DNA of 64,000 nucleotides from Balanoglossus misakiensis. Its lineage: Eukaryota > Animalia > Hemichordata. Within the stretch, counting starts at the first letter, position 1. The number at the start of each line of letters is the position of its first letter. The position numbers and the translations under genes are program-made. The notes under the pieces were generated by a model that was given only the letters and a program-made list of their open reading frames with translations, ran no database searches and was not told the DNA's origin. The stretch covers positions 5,584,110 through 5,648,109 of the forward strand of contig CM082584.2 in NCBI GenBank assembly GCA_040954595.2, given 5' to 3'. Positions 1 through 12,000 of this stretch are shown here, piece after piece.

Positions 1-1450
1 ACTAACTTATGGCAGCTACCAGAATCAAAAATTTCACACTGTCTATATTTTTTTGTTTGATTCAGAGAGTATGCATGCAGCTATGAGAACTTTACAAACA
101 TTTATAACTCATAACTTACCTGTGAATGTCAATGGAATGAATAAAACCAGTCTTAGAAGACGATGCATTTTGACAAAATTATTTCACAGCTCACTCCGTT
201 ACGTTATGGCCCTTGATACCTCGATATGGATACAGTTTTCTCACACTCCTGGCCGCTGTGAGTGTGGGAGAGAGTGTGGGATCAAATTGATCCCACACTC
301 TGTGTTAATGCGCACACAGACAACTGTTATCTGACACGAGCTCTGATTGGATAATGATATCCATACCCCTCAGAACAAGCAAATATTATCCAATTGTGCG
401 ATGTGTTGTACACAAACCGGAACTACAATGTGATCAGGTCATGTGCAGACGACAGTGGTGTACGTGGTTGGCGACAGACTAAAAAAAATGGTTGTATTTT
501 CTAGATATCGCGTGAATTTATGCTACTGGAAACAATCTCCATATTTTAATGTGTTGAGCACATTTTTATAGCATGTGTGTACTGTAAACTCGTGATGAAA
601 TGGGGACTATGTTTTGCAGGGCGGATCAATATATGACTTGTCATGCAGTTATCAGTTGGTATTTTATAGATTTAGTTCTTTTTATTGTAAATAAACGTTA
701 ATATCGCAAATTTCTGGTCGTGTGAGAAAAAGAATCTCACACTCGTCGGGGATAACTCTTTGTACCAGAGAAGGGGGGGGGGGGCTGGAGGATTTTGGGG
801 GAAAAACTCTTAATACCAGGCAGCTTTGGAAAAAATGAGGCTGTCTTTTCACCACAACATACAGATAAATGCTTCCATTGAGGCACAGGGAAGTAAGTTA
901 CTTTTAAAAGATTTATTGAAATATTAAGAGCCGTTGTAGGCAACAAAAAAATGTAAATACAGGAAAACATAATCTGTATTACATGATCACTAAAACAGAA
1001 CAAGCTTTCAATTTAAAACCAGATATATATATATTTTCTGTTAAAAATGTCTTGTTATATTTCTCTATAAACATATAAACTGAAATCAAACTTACCAGAT
1101 AAATTTGTAATCTTTATTGTATTATTAATTAAATGTGAAGGATTTTTACTTTGAGATTAGGCCAAAGAATCACTACAAGAAAAAACATGTATAAGTTTAC
1201 AACCACAAAGTCGGACTTTGATAAAATTGCAATTTCCCTCACATTTCTGTTTACAATTTCTCGTGATTAAAATTTTTATAGATACATGTATGTACTGCTA
1301 TGCAATTCTGGTATTTTAGCAGAGAATTTGAAAAGACTTCTCCAAACATCGGTGGTGTTGATTCCCTCTTGTTTATAACTGTAAGTGAGTAATTTCAGGA
1401 AATATCATAAAATGGGTGCAAATGCAATATAGACGACTAGTTTGATGTAA
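1..1450. repeat. Tandem segmental duplication, copy A (period 3139 bp)
   Basis: 1-1450 matches 3140-4589, with no difference seen in the parts compared by eye. The ORF pairs 53..334 / 3192..3473 and 737..1003 / 3876..4142 are identical. Confidence 0.95.
120..168 (-). CDS. Signal-peptide exon 1 of a further receptor copy that continues off the left edge
   Basis: Identical to 3259-3307 (offset 3139) and followed by a gtaagt donor. Confidence 0.7.
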
Positions 1451-1650
1451 TGTATGTATGTATGTATGTATGTATGTATGTATGTATGTATGTATGTATG
1501 TATGTATGTATGTATGTATGTATGTATGTATGTATGTATGTATGTATGTATGTATGTATGTATGTATGTATGTATGTATGTATGTATGTATGTATGTATG
1601 TATGTATGTATGTATGTATGTATGTATGTATGTATGTATGTATGTATGTA
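1451..1650. repeat. (TGTA)50 microsatellite
   Basis: Perfect tetranucleotide run that begins exactly at the duplication breakpoint. Confidence 0.98.
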
Positions 1651-1854
1651 TTCATCTTTATACATTTTTCAATCTATGAATTTAATTTTGGTTTGATAGT
1701 GATACAAAAACACAATGGGCCTTGCTTAACAAGTTAATATAAACGTTTCTCGACATGTCATGTGAAAATAACAAGAAGAGGAGATTTTAAGTTAAACATA
1801 AATGTTCTGCAGCTTTAGCCTATAACATAAGCAGTGTCAATCACTTTTTATTAC

Positions 1855-3307
1855 CTCTGACAATCAGTCTCATAAATCCATGCAGTCCTTGACTTCGTTG
1901 GGTGTCATCGGTGTAACATTCATAGATTCCTGCATCACTGGTCTTTGCAAACAATATTGTAATATTCTTCTGACCATTCCATTGTGTTTTCTCTATTCCA
2001 TTATGTTTCCATTTCAATGATGATTCAGCGATGGTTGTTGTCATGGTCAATGTTACATCTTCTCCAAAACTCACTGTTTTGGTTTGACTCTCTGGTTTGA
2101 TTTCAGCTGGCAGATGCACAGAGACAGATAATTGGCCTCCATTTTAATAAGCCTTGATTTAAATTGGTTACACAGAAAAATGATCTTCAAATCATCCATA
2201 ACAAATCATTATGTGCCATAAACAGTACATGTATTATAATATACATGCATGCTCGTTTATGTTTATGAAATAACTTTGTCGAAAATGCACAAATTCATCA
2301 ATTCATTGTCCACCCACTCATCCGTCTATTAACCCATTCATGAAACTATCAGAGTTATGAGTAATAAAACATTTGTTCATAACTTACTAGTTGCAGCAAA
2401 TACTACCGTTATCAGTCTCTCAGTTTCTCCAGTGTTAGCATTGGCATCACAGTAGTACACACCAGGTCTGCCAGCACCAGTGGGTAAGTTGAGTCTTCTT
2501 GAATAGGATTGAAAGTTTTGATATGAATAGCCTGCAGGGAGTGCATCTCCTGTGCCTGTATCTCTTCCAAAATCAAAATCTGTACCTACAGTATTTATGG
2601 TATCATCAGCTGAGAATCCCCCAGTGAAATAATTACTAACACTTAAACTTGGTAATGCTTTAGCATTATATATGGTGACATCTAACCGAGCATCTGCAAA
2701 ATAAAATGAATTAATAGAAAGTAATGTCTCAAAAGTGTACCTTCTATGGTACATATAAAGGAGAATTGTGGCTAATTTATATTATGCATGTTTAATCGGT
2801 TTGTAATCCAGTATTTTGTTCATGCAGACACGAGTGACATGTTTGCACGACAGTGATAAGAATGCTTGGCCAGAAAACCAATAATGGCCTGGTGTTGTTC
2901 TTTAATGCATCTGCAAATCCTAGCAACCAGGAAGTATAATGGTAAAAAAATCCAAGCTACGAAGTTGCTTGCCATAACAAAATACAACTGTACAACACAT
3001 TGTTTTTGGCATTATTGACATGGTCATAGTTACTTTTTGCTACCATAATGATTATTTTGACACTTTCAATTTGTGTATATCTAGCTAGGAAAATTGCACA
3101 CATGGTCTTTTTAGAGGCAAATGCCATTTGTATGCTCAAACTAACTTATGGCAGCTACCAGAATCAAAAATTTCACACTGTCTATATTTTTTTGTTTGAT
3201 TCAGAGAGTATGCATGCAGCTATGAGAACTTTACAAACATTTATAACTCATAACTTACCTGTGAATGTCAATGGAATGAATAAAACCAGTCTTAGAAGAC
3301 GATGCAT
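1855..3307 (-). CDS. Truncated paralog of the Tie-like receptor: leader, Ig1 and Ig2 exons only (secreted form or pseudogene)
   Basis: Exons 3259-3307 (MHRLLRLVLFIPLTFT), 2388-2693 and 1855-2106, with intact frames and splice sites, align to the main-gene leader, 21905-22216 and 21356-21607. No EGF exon follows before the (TGTA)50 repeat and duplication junction at 1450. Read-through of the last donor gives ..LIVRGNKK-stop at 1841. Confidence 0.75.
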
Positions 3308-4589
3308 TTTGACAAAATTATTTCACAGCTCACTCCGTTACGTTATGGCCCTTGATACCTCGATATGGATACAGTTTTCTCACACTCCTGGCCGCTGTGA
3401 GTGTGGGAGAGAGTGTGGGATCAAATTGATCCCACACTCTGTGTTAATGCGCACACAGACAACTGTTATCTGACACGAGCTCTGATTGGATAATGATATC
3501 CATACCCCTCAGAACAAGCAAATATTATCCAATTGTGCGATGTGTTGTACACAAACCGGAACTACAATGTGATCAGGTCATGTGCAGACGACAGTGGTGT
3601 ACGTGGTTGGCGACAGACTAAAAAAAATGGTTGTATTTTCTAGATATCGCGTGAATTTATGCTACTGGAAACAATCTCCATATTTTAATGTGTTGAGCAC
3701 ATTTTTATAGCATGTGTGTACTGTAAACTCGTGATGAAATGGGGACTATGTTTTGCAGGGCGGATCAATATATGACTTGTCATGCAGTTATCAGTTGGTA
3801 TTTTATAGATTTAGTTCTTTTTATTGTAAATAAACGTTAATATCGCAAATTTCTGGTCGTGTGAGAAAAAGAATCTCACACTCGTCGGGGATAACTCTTT
3901 GTACCAGAGAAGGGGGGGGGGGGCTGGAGGATTTTGGGGGAAAAACTCTTAATACCAGGCAGCTTTGGAAAAAATGAGGCTGTCTTTTCACCACAACATA
4001 CAGATAAATGCTTCCATTGAGGCACAGGGAAGTAAGTTACTTTTAAAAGATTTATTGAAATATTAAGAGCCGTTGTAGGCAACAAAAAAATGTAAATACA
4101 GGAAAACATAATCTGTATTACATGATCACTAAAACAGAACAAGCTTTCAATTTAAAACCAGATATATATATATTTTCTGTTAAAAATGTCTTGTTATATT
4201 TCTCTATAAACATATAAACTGAAATCAAACTTACCAGATAAATTTGTAATCTTTATTGTATTATTAATTAAATGTGAAGGATTTTTACTTTGAGATTAGG
4301 CCAAAGAATCACTACAAGAAAAAACATGTATAAGTTTACAACCACAAAGTCGGACTTTGATAAAATTGCAATTTCCCTCACATTTCTGTTTACAATTTCT
4401 CGTGATTAAAATTTTTATAGATACATGTATGTACTGCTATGCAATTCTGGTATTTTAGCAGAGAATTTGAAAAGACTTCTCCAAACATCGGTGGTGTTGA
4501 TTCCCTCTTGTTTATAACTGTAAGTGAGTAATTTCAGGAAATATCATAAAATGGGTGCAAATGCAATATAGACGACTAGTTTGATGTAA
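3140..4589. repeat. Tandem segmental duplication, copy B (3' UTR of the full receptor gene plus promoter and exon 1 of the paralog)
   Basis: Identity to 1-1450 ends at ..gactagtttgatgtaa (4589 / 1450), about 80 nt past the stop codon at 4671. Confidence 0.95.
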
Positions 4590-4670
4590 CCTTTGCCCTT
4601 AATCTCCTTCGTGGTTTGAATTATCTTCATAACATTTGCTCAGGCAAAGTATCCCATAATCATCAAGTAG

Positions 4671-5968
4671 CTAAGAAGTGATATTGACATATGTTTGAGT
4701 ATTTTCATCGCAGTACGTCACAACCACTTCATAGCAGAGTTGATATTGTTCCTGGGGAAATATAAAGAAATGTTTGGGTTTATACAAATTGAAGCGTTGG
4801 ATTGAACTTGTGTTTGACAGGAGTTAGACAATGGACATTGAGGGGTTAAGTTGTGGATTATTGTAAAGATGTTGGTTTTTTTAAATAGCGTTCATTTAAG
4901 CCCTGGGTATCTATTCAGAAATTTTTCATTTAAACTATAACCTGGCCAGTGAAAGTTCTTGAATGAAGGAAAACAGGACAATGTTTAATCTCAAGAAAGT
5001 ATACCGGTATACCTACTAGAGTATACACTTGACGCATACTTAGTAGACAGAGGGACATTGCATTAGTTACTGCAGTAAATACTGTCTATTCGTACCAGCC
5101 ATTTCACTGTATATTTCACTCACCAATGTTTCAACCATGTTTGGCCTGAAATTTCTGATTGTCTTGACAGCCTGGAAAACATCCACCATTTGATCGATTT
5201 TGATTCGTTCACATGCAGAGATGGCAGCACAGAATACGCCACTTCGACCAATACCATTGCTGACAAGAAAACGAAAACCTCAAAATTAACACCTGTTAAA
5301 TATCACACAAAATAAATAGAGCTGTGATTATTCCCTGGATCTTTCATGGTCAGTAATGTATGCTGAATTTTGCCAATAAATTTCCAGTTATCTAGCATGT
5401 ATTAATCAAAATCAGTTTCATTTGCTGCTTTATATATAATTCTGTGCTCCCCTCATTTGACAATTAACCCACCAAAGCCAATAAAATCAACATGCATTTA
5501 ATGTAAGGTTCGTAATATGTAATATTATTCTTGTAAAAAATAATAGCAACATGAAAGCTACCTCCAAAAACGGAAAATTCATGTTCCGTTATAAGCAATG
5601 ACAGTTCTGATTCACACATGGAATTTCTGGTTGCCGGCTGAAACAATAACTTACATGCAATGCACAGTAATGGGACCAGTTTCAGCTTCCTGTTGTATTT
5701 GCTTAACCGTGTTCATCAACTCTACGATGATCTTGGTCAGTTTCCCAGTTTCATGGTTGTGTTTCCAACTGCGAATTTGGAACTGGTGTATTGAGACTGA
5801 ATCCTCTCCCTAAAAATGGAAATGATAGGATCTCATTTGCATCTTTATCATACTCTTCTGTAGGTTTTCATGTATGAATAGGTTACAGAAAAATATTTAT
5901 GCCATACGCATAATAATAAAACATTGTATATGACAGACATTTTCAAAAATCAACCATTGATTGATTGA

Positions 5969-6004
<36 letters not shown>

Positions 6005-9000
6005 ATACCAATCTCACAACCATTTATCACAAAAAGGTACATTGAAGAAAATATTAATTTAAATTCCTTCAACATGACGTACCTTAGAGAGTGTGAGGGT
6101 TCGTTTGACAATATCTCCAAGATTTATGCTTTCTAGTTTCACATCAAATGGTCCAAAATGTTTGTCTTCATATTCATCCGGCCAGTAAAGAGAGCCATCC
6201 TATAATTATATTATATTAAATCTTTATAAGAGACACAAGGTTATATTTAACCCTTTCACCCCTAGTTCCCTCTTTAGAGATCCACTATACCACAGAAAAC
6301 AATTGGACTGAACCATGGCGGTGAAAGGGTTAAATGCACACTTACTACCATTTATAAATACATGATGTTATCAGGATTGCATTTATGTCATCTCGGTTCC
6401 TTTGCAATCTCCCAACACATAAAAATGAGTTACTATACCTCCAAATATAAATTTTTTAAATTTAATTATACAGTTTCCAAGTCATTCACATTATATCAGA
6501 CATAGGATAGAAAAGTAAGTGAAGTTGATTGTACCATATATTTCAACCACAACCAGTTGTTAAAGTACAAAAAAATGGATAATAAACGTCAAATGCTCAC
6601 TGTCATTTCACTATCCACGTCGTTCAGCATAACAATGATACGCGATTTGTGATCATAGACCATTCTCCAGAAATCTACGATAGTACTTGGTAAGGGCATC
6701 TGGGTTACCAGGAAAGCATTCTTCACATTGTATGTCTATTAATTGAGTAACAGATTAAATCATGTATAATAAAGTTCCAAATGTTTGAAGAGACTTAAGT
6801 ATCATAGTTTAGCACTAGCATACCTGAATTTTAAGCTTTGATATACAAAGAATACTTAGGCTGCATTCACAAACACCTCTGGAGGGGGGGGGCGGGAGAA
6901 TTCAAATTTTTTTACCGCTAATTTTCACATGCCCCCCTTCCGAACTGCCAATATTTTCAAATCCCCCCCTTCCGAACTGCCAAAATTTTGAAATCCCCCC
7001 CCCATTTTCTTTCACAGAGCAAAACACATCACCTATCTATCTTGTAAAAAGAAAAACAGCGCTCCCATGAAAAGAATTTGAAGCTGATGTTTCCCCTCAT
7101 CAGTGGGTATTAAAACTGAACATTGTTTTTATTTTTTAAGTACATATATTTGTATTCTGTGTTGGGAGACATTGTAAACCGAGAATTGAAGGGGGTGGGT
7201 TTGGGAGGGGGTGTCCCCCTCCCACGTAAGAAAATGTTCTAAAATACAGAGCTCAAAGTTGCATTTTAATGAACCCGGCAAAAGCAAATTAACTCAACTA
7301 CCGGTATGTTGGGGAGGACAAATTTAACCGTCACCGCTCAAAGTTATCATGGGGTGGGGCAAGTCCCCTGATCTGGGACACTAGATAAACCAGTCAATGA
7401 TTGAAAGGTGTTGATGAATGGAGGGGGTGGGTGTGGGAGGGGGTGTCCCCCTCCCACATTAGAAAATTTTGTAAAATAAAGGGCGCGAAACTGCATTTTT
7501 GTGGACTCAAAATAAATATTTAGTCGTTAAAGTTTTCAAGTCCCCCCCTTTCAGTCCCTAAATTATTTCAAATCCCCCCCTTACATACCCTCAATTTTTT
7601 CAAATCCCCCCCCTCAATTCTCCTGCCCCCCCCTCCAGAGGTGTTTGTGAATGCAGCCTTACATTCAAGAAGCTTGCGTTAATGTAATCTGTTGATTTAG
7701 GATCCTGAATGACTGTAGTCAACATGGGACAGTACTTGTCAACTGAAACATGACCAAGAATCTGTATGAATAGAGTATACTATAAAACACTTTTTTTTCG
7801 CGAGTCAAAATTTTCGCGATATCAAGAGAGGCCACTGTTACGCGAGTCTTTATTTTCGCGTTTTTTTGGCTCTCGCGTATTTAGCGTAAATTTAATGCTC
7901 GCGAAAATAAAGTGTTTTACAGTATATACTACCGGTAGTTCATTCAAGCATACTATATGTTTCTTGATTCCTCTTTTGTCTGGAGCCTTCGGACCCATAA
8001 CTATATTAATACACTTACTGGGCAAAATATTGGCAAACCGGTTTTTCTTTCGGTTTTTAGGTAGACGACCTTTCTTAGAATCTTCTGGTTTGGGTTTGTA
8101 ACTGTTTCCGTTTAAATTCTGTACATTTGAGTGGAGAGAAAAAAATGATTGGTGTGAGTGAAATGATCCCAATTAAAATATATGTTACTCACTTTAATTA
8201 AAGCTCTGTAGTCTTAAGCTTATAAAATTTACACAAAGAAGATGTTACTGGATTTGAATATAAAAATCAGATGTTTTGACTGCTATTTTACCTAGGACTT
8301 CATGTTCCCAATAAAATCCAACACTAACCTGCCATTCTGAATACAGACGTGTTTTCATAGTTTGTTGATCTTTTTTCAGTAAATCAGTGAATGCCTTTTT
8401 AACATCTGAGACTGGAATAGTCGTGGAGGTTAATCTTGTTGAAGGATTCAGGGAGGTATACTCCGATTCTGTTTCCTGAAAGCAAAAGAGAACTCAAGTT
8501 GATGTAACTGTGCGGGTAAAAAGAACATAGGGATCAGTTTGACCAGTTAACAGCTATGTGGACACAATGAAAGATTGGCTGGTCTTCTTTTAATTGCCAC
8601 ACCACATCCAGCAATGTTCAACTTTTTCCCAACACGTGTAACCATTTTAATGTTTTACCAACAGGTTTATGTAATATGAAAATTTAATCAAAATGGCAGA
8701 CTTTAAGCAAGGCTAGTACGTGGGTTATCCATAGATCAGGCAACCAGTAAAAGATTATCTGGAATTGGTGATGGAAACTAGGTAAGTTTAAAAAAGGGGT
8801 GTACCAGTACATTAACGTACGAACTACATTGTTTAGATATGCACTGCCGTATACAAACCATTTCTATTGATAAACCAGCATATGCACTTTCTTCAGGATC
8901 CTTTTTAAATGTTGTAGCTGGTTTTAGATGTGACTTTCCCTTTGATCCTTCAGATGGTACATCTATATAAGCATACTGATCACCATCATCATTGAGGTCC

Positions 9001-12000
9001 TTTTCTGAGAATGCTGAATTGGATGCATCAACTGCATTGAAAAGAGTTGTTTGTAATAGGCCATGAGTATATTATCAACAGTTATTTGGAAATAAATAAC
9101 CTGAAATTTACATTGGAAAAACTCATTGGAGAAAAACTTATTTGGTGCTAGATAATACATACGCTATCTTTTACAGTTCAACAAGTATATGGACAAAAGC
9201 TGTGTTAAAATCAACTTCAAGATCATGCATCATAGAAGCTTTTATAGCAGCCAGAACGTTATAAATTGGATATTTTATGCCGGCCTAGGCCCAGCACCGG
9301 TGCTACACTGTCGTAAACTGTCCAGTCTGAACCCCTTTTGTACATCTTCGAAATTTACACAAATGTTCCATGAGAAACGGTTTGAAAGACCATTTGCTAC
9401 CTGAGCAAGTTTCTTTACCTCGTTTTCTTTTGTCTGCAGTAGTAAGCTTGATTTCCTCTTGTTTGTTATTTCTGTTTGATTTACCTGAGTTTCGCCTATG
9501 GTATAAAATGTTAAACCTGATTACAAAACTGTCTTATCTACCGGTATTATAGAATATGTAACCTGTTACGGCAATAAAATTGGAGTCAGTTTGCTTGTAA
9601 GAAAAAAGAAGACATGCATCCATGTTATTCTATCACTCACCATCGTCTTACTATGAAAAACACACCAAAGAGGACACACATAAATGCTGTAGCGATGACA
9701 CCACCAACAAAAGCAGCAACTGGTATACATGTAGTTGGACAGGTAATTGGCCCACCGGCTGTATTCATTTACAACAGATCATTGTGATAAAAGTGTTAGC
9801 CAGAATTCATGACATCTTAAAGTATTTCTCAACTGAGAATGTATGACTGTATAGAGGAGCAGTAATATAGTATACTTTGATGGCTGTACTTTAATGAAAA
9901 GCAAAAAAATATTTAAATCCAACATACATGAATATATAAAAAGCCCACATTCATCTAAGAATATTGCTCCCTGTGATGGCCATCACGTCAGATCACATTG
10001 CATGATCGTATTCATTGCATGATCGTATTCATTTGAGAGATTGTAGCTTTTCTGCTTTTTCATACTCAAGTCCAGTTCACAAATCAAAGGAATTAATATA
10101 TCACAAGCTAAATGGCATATTGATGCAATCAAACATCTCAAATTTGAATTATAGTATGATGCACTATAATTACAATGTATGTAATGCAGTTGCTTACCTG
10201 TAAAGTAAAGGGCAGGAAATTCATCAAGATGGTATATAGGCTTCTGAAAAAAACATAGCCTTTAATGGTCACACTGGAGGAATTTGATTTAAAAAAACAT
10301 TTAATTACATTTCATGCCATTCAGTAACATTTCAGACATACTGGTATATTGAAGAAAGGCTTAAATTGCAATGTGAACAGATGCTCTGAAGTTTTGCCCA
10401 TAGACTAATACGACCATCAACCTAAAGCACTATTTAATTTTACTTGTTACCACCCTACCCCACTTGTTTCACTTCTGAGTCCATAGTAAATGCCATATCG
10501 CCGTCCTGTGGTAAGTGGAACGTTGTTATAACCTACATACACGTGACCATCACCAATAATGAACGTCTCTGGTAGATTATTGAGAGGAAGTAGTGCTGTG
10601 ATGTAGTATGGTGGACCCGAAGCATTATACTCTCCAAGCTCTGAAGGGTCTACCAGTAAATGTCGCCTTCTTCTATTCTTAGAACTCTCTTCATATTCCA
10701 GAACAACAACGTACTCACTGAGAAGAGAAAAGTGATACAATAAAATAAAAACTTTCAATCTGTGCCTTGACTGTCAATATGGTGATCTGGTGACATTTGG
10801 ATTTCACGTCAAACCTGTTGATGAGATGAAAATCAATGCAAATAGGATGCAATACCAAAAAAATCACTTTTGTTCAATTCATCATGACAAAGCTACATCA
10901 ATTACCCAATCTACCAATCTGCACTTACATGAGTGTTGTCTTTTCAGAAATGCCCGAGTCGTCTGACAAACCAGGTAAAGTAACCGTGGCACTGGTCTTA
11001 GAATGTACAACATTACTTGTTACATCTGTCACCAGCAGTGTTCTTGAAATATCAACTAAAATGTTAAGCAAATATATACAGAGAATTTAAAATAAAAATA
11101 ATGTAAAATATTAAAGCAAGAAAACAAAGGTGCACATAAACATTGAAAATAGAGGCGATTACAACATACATGTAGATATGTTGGGAGAAGGTATCTACGC
11201 TACATTGTTTTGTTAATATCTTGAAAGCTGTGTAAAGAACAATGTTTTTAATTTTATAGGCTTGTACACCAGAATCTATAACATTTCTTTTCTTTTCTTG
11301 ATTAATACTTTCTGAAGTAAAAACTGAAGAAAAGGAAAATGACTGAAATCAGATCAATCACAAGATAGAATATTGACGCCCTTTGGTTCCTGAATTGACA
11401 AAAACAAAATGTGCACAATTCGGCGAGAGGTTCGCTACACAACACCATATGGGGCTTCTCCTTTGCTAAACGGTTGAGGGCGCGTCAGTGAAGAGCCTTG
11501 TAGCGAACCGTGGGCTGTCAGAGAGTCTTAAGTTCATGATATATTTGCGCAACAAATAGAAATTAGGTAAAGGTTACATTTTCTACTGGTATTTTATAGT
11601 GGACAGACTACCTGTAAATGAAGTGCCACTTGACAAAGTTCTGGGTTCTCCGAAACCCTTGGAAGTGCTGGCATTCACACTGATTTCATATGTGGTTCCA
11701 GGATTCAAATTTGTAAGTGTGTGAGTATTCACTGTGCCTTCAACAAGAAACGATCGGGTCTCCATCAGTGTGTCTTTGAACACTGAATCAGTGGATGTGT
11801 ATGATATCTGAAAAAAGAAATTTCAAATTTTTAAGGTTTAGTAGACATTTGTAAAGGCACTTTTATATTCATCCATCATTTTTTTGGAGAACCCTGACAG
11901 TTATTTATCAATGTCTCAATTACAAATACAGATATGGATTTTTAGTCTACAAATGGGTTCAATCCCATACAAAACATCTGAATTATTAGTTGATATAATA

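Noticed and set aside
53-1003. ORFs 53..334 and 737..1003, and their twins 3048..3473 and 3876..4142
   Set aside because: Their identity comes from the DNA duplication. They have no recognisable domain, and the first is antisense to the real leader exon.
1405-1737. ORFs encoding YIHT and MYVC repeats
   Set aside because: Translations of the (TGTA)50 microsatellite.
6083-6199. LYWPDE read as a catalytic WPD loop
   Set aside because: By position this is the KCxxYWP motif. The true WPD-loop position, after HQFQ in exon 5655-5809, reads SWKHN.
8476-9640. A hidden D1 phosphatase or kinase domain between the TM exon and the D2 domain
   Set aside because: The introns are each under 400 nt and no KNRY, WPD, HCSAG, GxGxxG or DFG coding fragments were seen.
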